Positions 9,561 to 20,222 of a stretch of DNA of 64,000 nt are shown here, one piece after another (the first letter of the stretch is position 1; each line of letters starts with the position of its first letter). The notes beneath the pieces are model-generated. The model did not search any database and was not told where the DNA came from. It saw nothing but the letters and a program-made list of their open reading frames with translations. Made by a program: the position numbers and the translations under genes. The stretch is from Lachnospiraceae bacterium. Its GTDB lineage: Bacteria > Bacillota > Clostridia > Lachnospirales > Lachnospiraceae. Location of the stretch: contig RYVZ01000019.1 in assembly GCA_003979345.1 (NCBI GenBank), positions 499 through 64,498 of the forward strand, read 5' to 3'.

Positions 9561-10262
9561 TCATTGTTTTTCCAATTTATAGCCGACGCCCCACACGACT
9601 TTGATGTAGCGCGGCTCCTTTGGATTGATCTCAATTTTTTCGCGCAGATGACGAATATGAACGGCTACCGTATTGTCCGAAGAAAACGCGTCCTCTTTCC
9701 AGACGGTTTCATAAATCCTCGATGCGGAAAATACCACGCCCGGATTCTCCATGAGCAGCTTTAAGATCAGAAATTCCATCGGTGTTAAGCGGACTTCTTC
9801 TCCGTCCACAAACACCTGCTTTTTCTCATCATCAAGCTCCAGTCCGCCGTTTATAAGCTTTTTGCCCGAAATCTGTATCCCCTGTTCTCCGCCCAAAAGC
9901 GTATAACGTCTGATTTGGGAACGGACCCTTGCAAGAAGCTCCATCGGATTAAACGGTTTCGTCACATAATCGTCAGCGCCGTGTGTTAATCCCGCGATTT
10001 TATCCACATCCTCCGATTTTGCAGAAAGCATCAGCACCGGGACCGCAGAAAATTCACGAATATGTTTCAGTGCCGCAATGCCGTCCATGACCGGCATCAT
10101 CACGTCAAGAATGACCAGTTGAATATCCTCGTTCTCACGCAAAAGCTTCAACGCTTCCATTCCGTTTTCCGCCCGAAGCGACTCATATCCTTCCTGCGTC
10201 AGATAGATCTCGATCGCATCCACAATTGCTTTTTCATCATCACAGATCAATACACGGCTCAT
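9561..10262 (-). CDS. OmpR/PhoB-family response regulator
   Basis: REC domain (DDE...D...K pattern, ILDVMMP) and a winged-helix C-terminus (IKVVWGVGYKL). RBS AAGGGGAG. Confidence 0.92.
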   Translation of the reverse strand: MSRVLICDDEKAIVDAIEIYLTQEGYESLRAENGMEALKLLRENEDIQLVILDVMMPVMDGIAALKHIREFSAVPVLMLSAKSEDVDKIAGLTHGADDYVTKPFNPMELLARVRSQIRRYTLLGGEQGIQISGKKLINGGLELDDEKKQVFVDGEEVRLTPMEFLILKLLMENPGVVFSASRIYETVWKEDAFSSDNTVAVHIRHLREKIEINPKEPRYIKVVWGVGYKLEKQ

Positions 10263-10346
10263 CCTGTTCTCCCCTTTTACCCATTAGAACATATGATTTT
10301 TAAGAAATGTTAAGGAAAAAACGAAAGAATTTATGAAGAAAGGCAT

Positions 10347-11243
10347 CTATTTTATCATCATAAACGCGCCAAGATTTCCTCTCTGTCCCCCGCTTGCCCG
10401 GTGCGAGAACAGGATCTGCGGATTACAGCAGGTACAGACATCCGTCACAAAAATGTTCTCTTTTGGCACGCCTGCATCCAACAGCAGCAGCTCGTTTGCA
10501 CGCCAAAGATCAAGCTGATATTTTCCACCCGGTTTCCGGTAAAGAAGCAGATTTTTTTCTTCTGCCTCCTCCCTGGATGCGGCGGCAGACATCCCGAATA
10601 CCTCAAAAAACACATCCGCGACATCCCTGCTCACCTCATAGCATTCCCTGCAGATGGAAGGTCCGATCGCCGCAAAACAATCCGTCGGCCTTGTTCCGTA
10701 AACATCATGCATATTCATAAGTGCAACCTGGGAAATGGACGCCGCTGTCCCGCGCCAGCCCGAATGCACAAGCCCGATCGCGCGATGCACCGGATCCGCC
10801 AGCAAAACCGGAACACAATCGGCAAAAAAGGCACAGAGAACGATTCCCTGTATATTGGTGATCAGTCCGTCAACCTGCCTGTAATCCCTGCTTTGAATGG
10901 CTCCCTTCCCCCTATCCTTTTCCGTGACCACACGGATATTTGCTGTATGCGTCTGATCCGTAAATACCATATCCTGTACAGATGCCCCCAATACTTTAGC
11001 AACACGTGCAAAATTTTCGTCCACATTGGCCGGCATATCTCCCCTCGAATAGGAAAGATTCAGACTCTCAAGCGCACCGCTGCTGACGCCGCCAAGCCTT
11101 GTCGTAAATACTTGTTTGAGAAAATCTAATTTTTCCAGATTCGGAAATGTGAGGTACGGAAAATCTTCTCCCTTCAGATTCTTGTGATTGACGTGAACCC
11201 CTGCATGCGCACCCGCATGGCTCTTTTTTCTGATCAACTCCAT
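10347..11243 (-). CDS. pgeF: YfiH/PgeF-family (DUF152) purine nucleoside phosphorylase / peptidoglycan editing factor-like protein
   Basis: Family signature HSGWRGT and a C-terminal Cys cluster (DVCTCC). RBS AAGGAG. Confidence 0.85.
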   Translation of the reverse strand: MELIRKKSHAGAHAGVHVNHKNLKGEDFPYLTFPNLEKLDFLKQVFTTRLGGVSSGALESLNLSYSRGDMPANVDENFARVAKVLGASVQDMVFTDQTHTANIRVVTEKDRGKGAIQSRDYRQVDGLITNIQGIVLCAFFADCVPVLLADPVHRAIGLVHSGWRGTAASISQVALMNMHDVYGTRPTDCFAAIGPSICRECYEVSRDVADVFFEVFGMSAAASREEAEEKNLLLYRKPGGKYQLDLWRANELLLLDAGVPKENIFVTDVCTCCNPQILFSHRASGGQRGNLGAFMMIK

Positions 11244-11384
11244 TATTTTCTCCTTTGCTGTCTGACTTAAGTTGTATCGCTTGTGTCATTTTTATGTTTA
11301 TCATCACTGATGCAGCGAAATCCGTCTTCAACGATACCCTGTCATCAATCGCAATTTCAGCACATCAATGATGATACATTGGCA

Positions 11385-11774
11385 TCAATAGTATCCACCA
11401 TGATGTTCAAATGCGTTTGATATCCACCGTACCTGATCCCCAAGAATCGCCACCACGTCATAGCGGATGCCGCGCGGCGCCCTTGGCAGCATCCGTTCGT
11501 GCGTATAAAGATAGTATTCCGCCACCTTACAGATCGTCCGCTGCTTTGCACTTGTCACCGCTTCTTCCGGATAGCCGCAACCGGTGCCGGAACGATATTT
11601 CACCTCCACAAAGATCAAATACCCGTCATGCAGCGCGATGAGATCGATCTCCCCGTATCGTGTACGGTAATTGCGCTCCACGATCATGACTCCCCGCCGT
11701 TCCAAATAATCACAGGCAATGCTTTCCTGCTCTGCTCCCTTTTTTCTTTTGTTCAGAGTATTTCCTTCTTTCAT
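11385..11774 (-). CDS. YraN-family (UPF0102) endonuclease-like protein
   Basis: Core GEIDLIA...FVEVKYR typical of YraN. The internal ATG at 11774 avoids overlap with the upstream gene. The listed ORF extends to 11921. Confidence 0.8.
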   Translation of the reverse strand: MKEGNTLNKRKKGAEQESIACDYLERRGVMIVERNYRTRYGEIDLIALHDGYLIFVEVKYRSGTGCGYPEEAVTSAKQRTICKVAEYYLYTHERMLPRAPRGIRYDVVAILGDQVRWISNAFEHHGGYY

Positions 11775-11835
11775 CTGCAATTCCTGTTTATCCGATACGC
11801 CTCCAGCTCTGGCTCTCCGGTTCTTAAGCCGCCTG

Positions 11836-12129
11836 TCATATCTGCTTTCCGCCCTTTTCCATTTTGGCCTTGATCTTATCCATCGCATCCACAAAAACGA
11901 GAATTTCCGCCACGACCTCATACAGCTCTGGCGGTATCATTTCTCCGATTTCTAATTTCGACAGCGTATCTGCGAGTTTAGAGTCCTCATGGATCGGCAC
12001 ATCCGCTTCTTTTGCCGTCTCTATGATCTTTTCCGCAACCCGTCCCTTGCCCGTCGCTATGATCTTGGGCGCCTCTTCATCAGGATTGTACTCTAAAGCA
12101 ATCGCTGTTTTCTGTTTCTTTTTGTCCAT
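11836..12129 (-). CDS. FlhB C-terminal-domain-like small protein (YlqH/EscU-YscU-HrcU family)
   Basis: 97 aa. The sequence AIALEYNPDEEAPKIIATGKG...A.E..VPI.ED..LA matches the FlhB-like autocleavage-domain paralog. Confidence 0.75.
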   Translation of the reverse strand: MDKKKQKTAIALEYNPDEEAPKIIATGKGRVAEKIIETAKEADVPIHEDSKLADTLSKLEIGEMIPPELYEVVAEILVFVDAMDKIKAKMEKGGKQI

Positions 12130-12285
12130 TCGACCATTCCTCTCTTTCTAAGATCATAGAATCAAACGGCGTTTTGGTTTCCTTCAAGTCTGAAAAGCCC
12201 CTTAAGCCGGACATCAAAATCCGTCATAAGAGGCTTTTGTAAATAACCGTCGGTCAGCCGGTTCCTCATAGAGAATACGGCATCA

Positions 12286-14694
12286 TCATTTCATCACGAT
12301 ATTGACAATCCTGCCCGGCACATAGATTTCTTTCACCACTGAACCGGTCAATTTGTCTGCAAGTGCCTCACGCGCCTTGGTTATCACATCGTCTTTGGCT
12401 TCGTCTTTGGCAATGGCAAGCGTCGCCTTGGTCTTTCCATTGATTTGAAGCGCGATCTCAACGGTTGACTCCTCGGTCTTCTTCTCGTCATATTCAGGCC
12501 ATGCCGCCTGATACAGCTTTCCGCCGTATCCTTTCATCTCCCAAAGCTCTTCCGTAATATGCGGTGCGACCGGATTAAGGAGCGTCAGAAGCGTCCTGAA
12601 CTCTCCCTTCGTCACACTTCCTTTTTTATAAAATTCATTGATCAGCGCCATCATTGCAGCGATTGCCGTATTATATTTGAGGCTTTCGAAATCCATGCTG
12701 ACTTTTTTGATCGTCTGATGCATCTTCGTTTCTAAGTCTGCGGAATAACCTTCCTCGTCGTTTACCATATCCTGAAGCTTCCACACGCGCTCAAGGAACC
12801 GGCGGCAGCCCTTTACACCGTCCTCCGACCAGCAGGCGCTCAATTCAAACGCACCGATGAACATTTCATAAGTTCTCAGCGTATCCGCGCCGTAATCACG
12901 CACGATATCATCCGGATTGACGACATTGCCGCGTGACTTGCTCATTTTCTCGCCGTTTTCTCCGAGGATCATGCCGTGCGACGTCCTCTTTTGATACGGC
13001 TCCTTGCACGAAACGACCTTCTCATCATATAAAAATCTGTGCCAAAATCTGGAGTAGAGCAAATGCAGCGTCGTGTGTTCCATGCCGCCGTTGTACCAGT
13101 CTACCGGAAGCCAATACTCCATCGCTTCTTTGCTCGCGAGCGCTTTGTCATTTTTCGGATCGGTATAGCGGATAAAATACCATGATGACCCCGCCCATTG
13201 GGGCATTGTATCCGTCTCGCGCTTCGCGGGTCCGCCGCAGCACGGGCATGTAGTGTTGACCCAATCAGTCATCGCCGCAATCGGCGATTCGCCGTTATCG
13301 GTCGGCATATAACTGTCCACTTCCGGTAAAAGCAACGGCAGCTCGCTCTCATCGAGCGGCACATAACCGCATTTCTCACAGTTCACGATCGGGATTGGCT
13401 CACCCCAGTAACGCTGTCTCGAAAATACCCAGTCGCGTAGTTTATAATTCACTTTCGCGTTTCCGATTCCCTTTTCTTCCAAAAAGGCGATCATTTTTTC
13501 TTTTGCCTCGGCGACTTCCAGACCATTCAGAAAATCAGAATTTACGAGTTTACCAGTGGCAACATCCGTAAACACTTCTTCTTGTACGTCTTTTCCGCCT
13601 GCGACGACCTCAATGATCGGAAGTCCGAATTTTTTCGCAAACTCCCAGTCACGTTCATCGTGCGCGGGCACTGCCATGATCGCGCCTGTTCCGTAGCTCA
13701 TCAATACATAATCGGAGATCCAGATCGGAATCTCCACGCCGTTCACCGGATTAACTGCTTTTAAGCCCTGAATCTCCACGCCCGTTTTCTCTTTTGCGAG
13801 TTCGGCGCGCTCAAAATCGGATTTTCTCGCCGCGGCTTCACGGTATGCCGCAATCTCATCCCAGTTTGACAACTCATCTTTGTATTTATCGATCAGCGGA
13901 TGTTCCGGAGAAAGAACCATGTAAGTCGCGCCAAACAGCGTGTCGCAGCGCGTCGTATAAATACGCAGTTTATCTTCTTTTCCCTTAATCGAAAAATCAA
14001 CTTCCGCTCCGGTCGATCTGCCGATCCAGTTTTTCTGTGAAACTTTTACGCGCTCAATATAGTCCACATCATCCAGTCCGTCCAAAAGCTTCTGCGCATA
14101 ATCGGTGATCTTTAACATCCACTGGCTCTGCGCCTTGCGCACAACGGGCGCACCGCAGCGCTCACAGACTCCGTTTACGACTTCTTCGTTTGCAAGTCCG
14201 ACCTTACACGACGTACACCAGTTGATCGGCATTTCAGTCTTGTAAGCAAGTCCTTTTTTGAATAATTGTAAAAAGATCCACTGGGTCCAGTGATAATATT
14301 CAGGATCTGTCGTATTGACCTCACGATTCCAGTCGAAGGAATAACCGATCGCATGAAGCTGGCTCTTAAAGCGCTCCACATTATTTTTCGTCACGATCTT
14401 CGGATGGATCCGGTTCTTGATCGCATAATTCTCGGTCGGTAAGCCGAACGCATCCCATCCCATCGGAAACAGGACGTTGTAGCCCTGCATTCTTCTTTTA
14501 CGGGCAACAATATCCATCGCCGTATAAGGACGCGGATGTCCGACATGCAGTCCCTGCCCCGACGGATACGGAAACTCGACAAGCGCATAGTATTTCGGCT
14601 TGGAGTAATCCTCCGTCGCCGCAAACGCCTGCTCGTCATCCCAAATTTTCTGCCATTTCTTTTCCACAATTTTGTGATTATATAATTCTGCCAT
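12286..14694 (-). CDS. leuS: leucine--tRNA ligase
   Basis: 802 aa with HIGH (HVGH), KMSKS and a CP1 editing domain. RBS GGAGG lies 5 nt upstream. Confidence 0.97.
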   Translation of the reverse strand: MAELYNHKIVEKKWQKIWDDEQAFAATEDYSKPKYYALVEFPYPSGQGLHVGHPRPYTAMDIVARKRRMQGYNVLFPMGWDAFGLPTENYAIKNRIHPKIVTKNNVERFKSQLHAIGYSFDWNREVNTTDPEYYHWTQWIFLQLFKKGLAYKTEMPINWCTSCKVGLANEEVVNGVCERCGAPVVRKAQSQWMLKITDYAQKLLDGLDDVDYIERVKVSQKNWIGRSTGAEVDFSIKGKEDKLRIYTTRCDTLFGATYMVLSPEHPLIDKYKDELSNWDEIAAYREAAARKSDFERAELAKEKTGVEIQGLKAVNPVNGVEIPIWISDYVLMSYGTGAIMAVPAHDERDWEFAKKFGLPIIEVVAGGKDVQEEVFTDVATGKLVNSDFLNGLEVAEAKEKMIAFLEEKGIGNAKVNYKLRDWVFSRQRYWGEPIPIVNCEKCGYVPLDESELPLLLPEVDSYMPTDNGESPIAAMTDWVNTTCPCCGGPAKRETDTMPQWAGSSWYFIRYTDPKNDKALASKEAMEYWLPVDWYNGGMEHTTLHLLYSRFWHRFLYDEKVVSCKEPYQKRTSHGMILGENGEKMSKSRGNVVNPDDIVRDYGADTLRTYEMFIGAFELSACWSEDGVKGCRRFLERVWKLQDMVNDEEGYSADLETKMHQTIKKVSMDFESLKYNTAIAAMMALINEFYKKGSVTKGEFRTLLTLLNPVAPHITEELWEMKGYGGKLYQAAWPEYDEKKTEESTVEIALQINGKTKATLAIAKDEAKDDVITKAREALADKLTGSVVKEIYVPGRIVNIVMK

Positions 14695-14813
14695 TTCCGC
14701 CTCCGACTCTGCGTTCGTTCGCCCGCATATATAAAAATCCGATACCCATGCCGACGCATGCGGGAACCTGCCGATTCTTTCTCCCCGTCCGCCGCCTGCA
14801 AATATCTGTCAAC

Positions 14814-14841
14814 ATTTTACCATTCATGGTGGATTTGTCAA
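14814..14841 (-). promoter_or_regulatory. candidate promoter for leuS (TTGACA-16-TAAAAT)
   Basis: Minus-strand TTGACA at 14836-14841, 16-nt spacer, TAAAAT at 14814-14819. This leaves a ~115-nt leader. Confidence 0.4.
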
Positions 14842-14875
14842 CTGATGACCGCACAAATTTTCACTTATGACAGAC

Positions 14876-14900
14876 TCCAAAAGACGGCATGACCCATGCC
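14876..14900 (-). terminator. rho-independent terminator after the 14922 gene
   Basis: GGCATG-GGT-CATGCC hairpin (14886-14900) followed by GTCTTTTGG on the minus strand. Confidence 0.5.
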
Positions 14901-14921
14901 ATGCCGCCTCTCCCGATTCCA

Positions 14922-15368
14922 TTATGGCAATTCCAAATAACGCGACTGCATTTCCATATAAAATTGCCCGATTTCATGAAAGAGTTTTTGATTGATCCGG
15001 TATCCTTGATCCATATTATTGACAAAACAGCTATCCACCCAAAGTCCGAACCGCATGATGGTCTGATCTTTGAAACGTATCTTAAACATCCATCTACTGC
15101 CATACCCGTTCATCCTCCGCCCCATTCCACGAAGCCTTATCCTGCTCGCATATTCCACAAAGCATTCCGCATCCTCTCTGGTAATCACGACTTCTTTACC
15201 AAAATCCATGACTGCTACGGATTCTATTTCCTGCATGTCCAGATTTTTTAATATACGTCCTGTCTGATATTTTTCCAACAGTTTTCCGGCAAAGACATAG
15301 CCAATAAGCGCAAGAAACACGACTGCGGCAATGGCGCTGATTTTCATGGATAAGGTCCACTTTTTCAT
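14922..15368 (-). CDS. hypothetical membrane-anchored protein
   Basis: From MKKWTLSMKISAIAAVVFLALIGYVF (signal/anchor helix) the product is ~148 aa. No motif recognised. Confidence 0.5.
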   Translation of the reverse strand: MKKWTLSMKISAIAAVVFLALIGYVFAGKLLEKYQTGRILKNLDMQEIESVAVMDFGKEVVITREDAECFVEYASRIRLRGMGRRMNGYGSRWMFKIRFKDQTIMRFGLWVDSCFVNNMDQGYRINQKLFHEIGQFYMEMQSRYLELP

Positions 15369-15505
15369 ATATGTCCTCCTACCAGCCATTATTTTGCTAA
15401 ATTGTAAGAGCACTTACAATTGTTTCCTCTGTCTTATGCATATAATTATATTATTTTTCTGTAGTTTTGTCAAGCATTCCATTCACGAATGATCTCATCC
15501 ACCTC

Positions 15506-15533
15506 TTGACAATCTCCCTTAACGTGCTACACT
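15506..15533 (+). promoter_or_regulatory. candidate promoter for the AEC transporter (TTGACA-16-TACACT)
   Basis: TTGACA at 15506-15511 and TACACT at 15528-15533, ~45 nt before the RBS. Confidence 0.5.
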
Positions 15534-15577
15534 CGCTAGTGGACATCCAAAGGCTGCCCGCAAGGAGGCGTATTCCC

Positions 15578-16528
15578 ATGGAGAACCTGATTTTTTGTCT
15601 CAATGCAACCATTCCCGTGTTCCTGCTGATGCTGCTCGGTCTTTTCTTTCGGGCAGTCGGCATATTCAAAGAAGATTTTGTCGGCACCATGAATGCGTTC
15701 GTGTTTAAGGTCGCCCTGCCCGTACTTTTATTCCAGGAATTATCCACGCAGGACTTCTCCGAGATATGGAACGGTCGTTTCGTTCTGTTCTGCTTTATCG
15801 TCACAGTACTCTGCGTCATTTTCAGCTTCATCTGTTCTCTTTTACTAAAAAATAACGAAGCCCGCGGCGAGTTCACGCAGGCTTCGTTCCGTTCAAGTGC
15901 CGCACTTTTGGGCATCAGTTTTATTCAAAATATTTATGGAAGCGCCGGTATTGCGCCCATGATGATCATCGGCTCCGTCCCCCTCTATAACGTCATGGCT
16001 GTCATCCTGCTTGAATGCACGCGCACGGACCGCTCCGATAAAGGGAATCGAAGTGCACTCGTCAAGCAGACCTGCCTCGGCATCCTGACTAATCCGATCA
16101 TCCTCGGAATCCTCATCGGTCTCTTTTGGTCAGCCTGCCGTATCCCGCAGCCGGTCATCCTCTCAAAAACCATCCGCTATATCGCTAATCTTGCCACCCC
16201 GCTCGGTCTCATGGCAATGGGTGCAAGTTTCCACTTAAAACAAGCCGTCACAATGATCAGACCGACCATTGCCGCCACGTTTTTTAAGCTTGTACTATTT
16301 TGTGCGGTCTTTCTTCCCGTTGCCGTTCATTTTGGCTACCGTGGTGACAGCCTCATTTCCATTCTCATCATGCTCGGTTCACCGACGACGGTGAGCTGTT
16401 TTATCATGGCAAAAAGTATGGGACACGACGGAACACTTTCTTCCGGCGTCGTCATGATGACAACGCTGTTTTCTGCTTTTACGCTCACCGGATGGCTGTA
16501 TTTGCTGAAAATGTTGGGACTTTTCTAA
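15578..16528 (+). CDS. AEC-family (auxin efflux carrier / malate permease-like) transporter
   Basis: About 10 TM helices. The N-terminus MENLIFCLNATIPVFLLMLLG is typical of the family. RBS AAGGAGG (15562-15568) precedes the ATG at 15578. Confidence 0.85.
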   Translation: MENLIFCLNATIPVFLLMLLGLFFRAVGIFKEDFVGTMNAFVFKVALPVLLFQELSTQDFSEIWNGRFVLFCFIVTVLCVIFSFICSLLLKNNEARGEFTQASFRSSAALLGISFIQNIYGSAGIAPMMIIGSVPLYNVMAVILLECTRTDRSDKGNRSALVKQTCLGILTNPIILGILIGLFWSACRIPQPVILSKTIRYIANLATPLGLMAMGASFHLKQAVTMIRPTIAATFFKLVLFCAVFLPVAVHFGYRGDSLISILIMLGSPTTVSCFIMAKSMGHDGTLSSGVVMMTTLFSAFTLTGWLYLLKMLGLF

Positions 16529-16614
16529 ACCAGCATTGCAGTGTCGGTTCTTTCAGGCATCACCTTATTAAAATCTCAGTGTTTCCGGCATCTTTGTCAG
16601 ATGACACGAAGCGC

Positions 16615-17376
16615 TTAGCGCAGATCCTGCTGTCTCTTATTTGCAAACATAACGATGGCGAACATGAAAACGACAACGGTATATCCCGCAACGATGATCA
16701 TATGACCCGCCATTCCGCCCAGATCACCTCTCACGGCGCCTCTTGCCACCTCCACGATATGATAGAACGGCAGCATTTCACAAATTCTTTTCAATCCGCC
16801 GCTCAAGGCACCCACATCCATCCAGATCCCTCCTAAGATCGCCGACAGGGAAATAATCACGGAGCATAAGCCCGGCGCCGCCTTCTCGTTAAAAACCGTA
16901 CCGAACAATAGTCCAAACCCGATAAAAAGCAGATCCGCCGGAACAAGTACCGCCATTGCCAGAAGCAGCCCGCCGATCTGAAACGAAAATCCGGTAAATA
17001 AACCAATCACAACGGACGCAGCATACGTGATCAGGCTCTGCAAAACGGCAATGACCAAAAGTGGCAGAATATAGCCGCCGATAAATTCTGACGCTGCCAT
17101 CGGCGACGCATACAGGCGCATCAAAAACGCGCTTCCCCTGTCTTTTGCGATCTGCAAACATGTAAACAGCATCACAAACGTTAATCCAAACACCGCGATC
17201 CCGCTTGATAGATAATCGATCCGAAAGATCACCATATTCGCCTGTGCGGAAATATTCTCATTCAAAACCGTCATGATCAAAAGCATGACCAGTGGAAATC
17301 CCAGACAAAACAGATAACTGATCGGGTCACGCAATAATTCTTTCGCATTTCTTCTTGCAAAAACAACCGTTCTCAT
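16615..17376 (-). CDS. ABC-2 type transporter permease
   Basis: Six hydrophobic helices, immediately downstream of an ABC ATPase. The start is taken at MRTVVFARRNAKELLRDP (17376). Confidence 0.75.
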   Translation of the reverse strand: MRTVVFARRNAKELLRDPISYLFCLGFPLVMLLIMTVLNENISAQANMVIFRIDYLSSGIAVFGLTFVMLFTCLQIAKDRGSAFLMRLYASPMAASEFIGGYILPLLVIAVLQSLITYAASVVIGLFTGFSFQIGGLLLAMAVLVPADLLFIGFGLLFGTVFNEKAAPGLCSVIISLSAILGGIWMDVGALSGGLKRICEMLPFYHIVEVARGAVRGDLGGMAGHMIIVAGYTVVVFMFAIVMFANKRQQDLR

Positions 17377-17451
17377 TTCCCATCCTCCATATCTTGGCAT
17401 CAATCCCTGATCTCTCCACTTTTCGCAGCATTGGTGTTTCCTGACCAATTT

Positions 17452-18177
17452 TCACGCTGTTTCCGCAATCGCGATAAACGCTTCTTCCAGCGTATCCCTG
17501 CACGTCTGTTCTTTCAATTCCCCGACTGTCCCAAATGCCGCGATCATGCCATTGATCATGACCGCCACATGATCGGACAATGCTTCGGCTTCCTCCATAT
17601 AATGCGTCGTGAGCACGATCGTCACATGTCGCTTTAAGCTTTCGATCATTTTCCAGAGTTCCCGTCTTGCCAGTACGTCAAGTCCCAGCGTCGGCTCATC
17701 CAGATAAAGAACCTCCGGCTGTGTGATCAGTGCCATCGCAATGCTAAGTCTCCGCTGCCACCCTCCGGACAGCAATTTTGCTTTTTTCCCTGCAACCTCA
17801 TCCATGCCGCACTGACCGATCATCATATCCGCCCGCCCGGAAGCATCCCTCTTAGAAGCCCCGTAAATCTGCGCGATCAAAACCAAATTCTCTCTCACGC
17901 TCAGATTCGGGGCAACCGCTGTTTCCTGCGGTGAAAGATTGCTGACTTTTTTTACTTCAGAAAGCTCACTTATGATACTATGTCCCATAATGTAAGCATC
18001 CCCCTCCGTCAGTCTGCTGAGTCCGGACAACATGCGGATCGTCGTGGTCTTACCGGCTCCGTTTACGCCAAGCAGAGCAAACAGCTCACCCTTTTTTACC
18101 GTCAGCGAAATATGATCCACCGCCCGTTTGGTCCCAAAATCCTTGACCATATTCTTCACCTCTATTGCATATTCCAT
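17452..18177 (-). CDS. ABC transporter ATP-binding protein
   Basis: Walker A GVNGAGKTT, signature LSGGWQRR, Walker B LYLDEPT. RBS GGAGGAG. Confidence 0.92.
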   Translation of the reverse strand: MEYAIEVKNMVKDFGTKRAVDHISLTVKKGELFALLGVNGAGKTTTIRMLSGLSRLTEGDAYIMGHSIISELSEVKKVSNLSPQETAVAPNLSVRENLVLIAQIYGASKRDASGRADMMIGQCGMDEVAGKKAKLLSGGWQRRLSIAMALITQPEVLYLDEPTLGLDVLARRELWKMIESLKRHVTIVLTTHYMEEAEALSDHVAVMINGMIAAFGTVGELKEQTCRDTLEEAFIAIAETA

Positions 18178-18221
18178 ATAGATGCTCCTCCTTCCAGAAG
18201 AATAACTTCGGTTTTACGCCT

Positions 18222-18704
18222 TTATGATGTGGCTTTGTCCCTCTGTATCAGCTGTTCGTTAATACGCGCAACCTCCCTGCGGCAGATCATGATCTGACAT
18301 GTCCACACTACCGTATAAGTAAACACCATACTTAAGAAAACACTGATAAACGAGATCAGGTATCTGCCAAGTCCCCAGCAGAAAATACTGACCGGGACCC
18401 ATACAAATGCCGTCAGCAAAAAATGTACCACCGCCTGCTTTACCATACTCCATCTGGCAATATCCACAATGACCGAACAGCACCCAAACGCAAATCCGAT
18501 CAGCCCGCAGAACAGCGTCTGCACCATCAGCGCCATAAAAGGATTCTCAAAAAATGCCGCATATTCCGGCACCAGCTCAGGCATTGCCTGTACATTGCCA
18601 GTCGTATTTACCGTATTCACTGTCTTGATCATTAACACAATGATATTCACAGTCACACAGAGCGCAAAGCTCACGACTCCGCGGCTCAAACTTTTCTTTA
18701 ACAT
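18222..18704 (-). CDS. small 4-TM membrane protein (DUF3021-like partner of LytTR regulators)
   Basis: ~160 aa, all-helical and hydrophobic. Its position between the LytTR regulator and the ABC ATPase matches the common LytTR-DUF3021-ABC arrangement. The family name is from memory. Confidence 0.65.
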   Translation of the reverse strand: MLKKSLSRGVVSFALCVTVNIIVLMIKTVNTVNTTGNVQAMPELVPEYAAFFENPFMALMVQTLFCGLIGFAFGCCSVIVDIARWSMVKQAVVHFLLTAFVWVPVSIFCWGLGRYLISFISVFLSMVFTYTVVWTCQIMICRREVARINEQLIQRDKATS

Positions 18705-18768
18705 TGCACATCTTCCTTCCTGCTTCAAAATCATTCCGCTTACCAGGGCATATCATTTTCCATATTGA

Positions 18769-19218
18769 TCAATAGAACTCTTTTCCCATCAGGCTGTCCC
18801 TGATCCTGCTGACATAACGCCTTGATACATATGTCTCAATATCTGCCTGCAAATACATATGAATCGTTCCGGACATGCTTGTGTCCATCCGGCGTATTTT
18901 TTTGATATTCACGATCTCAGAATTGGAAATTCTGACAAATTGTTTCTTTAGGCTTTCCTCCAGTTCATAGAGTCTTGCATGAACGAGATATGTCTTATCC
19001 CTCGTCTGGGCATACACGCGCTGTCTTGCCGCATAAAAGCGAATGATCCCGCCCTGTGTGATCCTTACGGCATCCCGATCGTCATAGACTGTGATCGTCT
19101 CATCCACAGCCTCGGAAACAGTCTGCCTTAATTCCTCCAGCTCCTTCGTTTTTTGCGCACCGCAAATCACGATCTCAGGCTCTTTATACTTTTCATGTAT
19201 CCAAAAAGAAATTTTCAT
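18769..19218 (-). CDS. LytTR-domain DNA-binding protein (no receiver domain)
   Basis: C-terminal FVRISNSEIVNIKKIRRMD...IHMYL matches the LytTR fold signature. RBS GGGAG lies 5 nt before the ATG at 19218. Confidence 0.8.
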   Translation of the reverse strand: MKISFWIHEKYKEPEIVICGAQKTKELEELRQTVSEAVDETITVYDDRDAVRITQGGIIRFYAARQRVYAQTRDKTYLVHARLYELEESLKKQFVRISNSEIVNIKKIRRMDTSMSGTIHMYLQADIETYVSRRYVSRIRDSLMGKEFY

Positions 19219-19484
19219 TTTTGCTCCCATCCGTTTGCTTTAGCACGCACTCAAATCTGTCATGCCGGCACAGTCGACACAAACAATCCATGTGAAGATT
19301 AAAATCACTTAGCGAGGTATTTTCGAGCTTAGTGATTTCCTTCACACTTATACCCTTCTGCCTGCTTCATCAGACACGGAAACCTTTGTTGAAAATTTTT
19401 TTCATTCCCAACTCTAAATCTCTATGTCAGTGAGCATATCATAAAAGCATTGTGCTGTATTCCTAATAGCGATAAGCGGTCGTT

Positions 19485-19543
19485 TTATACAAATAAACGG
19501 TTATGTTATGCTGATTTACAAGAAAGCAGTATAACATAACCGT
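19485..19543 (-). terminator. rho-independent terminator after the methyltransferase gene
   Basis: 17-bp stem (19497-19513 / 19527-19543, one G-U pair) followed by TTTATTTGTAT on the minus strand. Confidence 0.7.
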
Positions 19544-19619
19544 CAGTAACAAAACAGAATAAATTTCTTTTCTTTTACAAAAGGCATACATACGCATTGA
19601 TGGATCATTACTTTTACTT

Positions 19620-20222
19620 TCATCCGTATTTGCGCTGCAATTTTTTTGACATTTTCGGTTTTTCTTTCATCATTTTTTTACGCGCAAACCGTTTTTGAGA
19701 AATAAAAATATAGTAACCGTTTTCCTCAATCACTTTGACACCGCCAAATACAGTTGCCAGTTTATTTTTATACCATTCATACCGCTTGGTGACCATAACA
19801 AAACTGCCGCCATACTTCAAATGTTGAAAACCGCCTTCAATAAATTTTTTCGGCACATGGAAATCCGCATGATACGGCGGGTTTGACAAGATCAGGTCAA
19901 AATCATGTTCCCCGACAGACGTGAACCCGTCGCTTTGGAAGATATGGATCGCTTCAAATCCATTATATACGGCATTCTTTTTTGCCATTTCAACAGCAAC
20001 AGGATCGCAGTCAGCCATTGTAACATTTTCTGCGCCGGAAAACTGAGCAGCATAGATACCGACCACTCCATATCCGCAGCCGAGATCCAGTATTTTCTGT
20101 CCTGAATGAAATTGAATTTTTGAAAGCATCGCAATGGTTCCTTTATCAATATCATTAGGCGAAAACAGAGAACTCTCCGTATGCATTTTAAGATCAATTC
20201 CATTGATTGTCCGCTCTATCAT
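19620..20222 (-). CDS. small class I SAM-dependent methyltransferase (RsmC/YbxB-like MTS domain)
   Basis: Motif I ILDLGCGYGVVG and motif IV NPPYH. ~200 aa with a Lys-rich tail. Its ATG overlaps the upstream stop (ATGA at 20219-20222). Confidence 0.85.
   Translation of the reverse strand: MIERTINGIDLKMHTESSLFSPNDIDKGTIAMLSKIQFHSGQKILDLGCGYGVVGIYAAQFSGAENVTMADCDPVAVEMAKKNAVYNGFEAIHIFQSDGFTSVGEHDFDLILSNPPYHADFHVPKKFIEGGFQHLKYGGSFVMVTKRYEWYKNKLATVFGGVKVIEENGYYIFISQKRFARKKMMKEKPKMSKKLQRKYG

Noticed and set aside
14695-14921. Expected T-box leader upstream of leuS
   Set aside because: The minus strand has no GGTGGTAC-type T-box sequence and no terminator/antiterminator pair. The leader from the candidate promoter is only about 115 nt.
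19416-19451. 11-codon minus-strand peptide (MKKIFNKGFRV) in the LytTR operon leader
   Set aside because: The GGGA lies directly against the ATG, so there is no usable RBS spacing. It is too short to evaluate and there is no supporting context.
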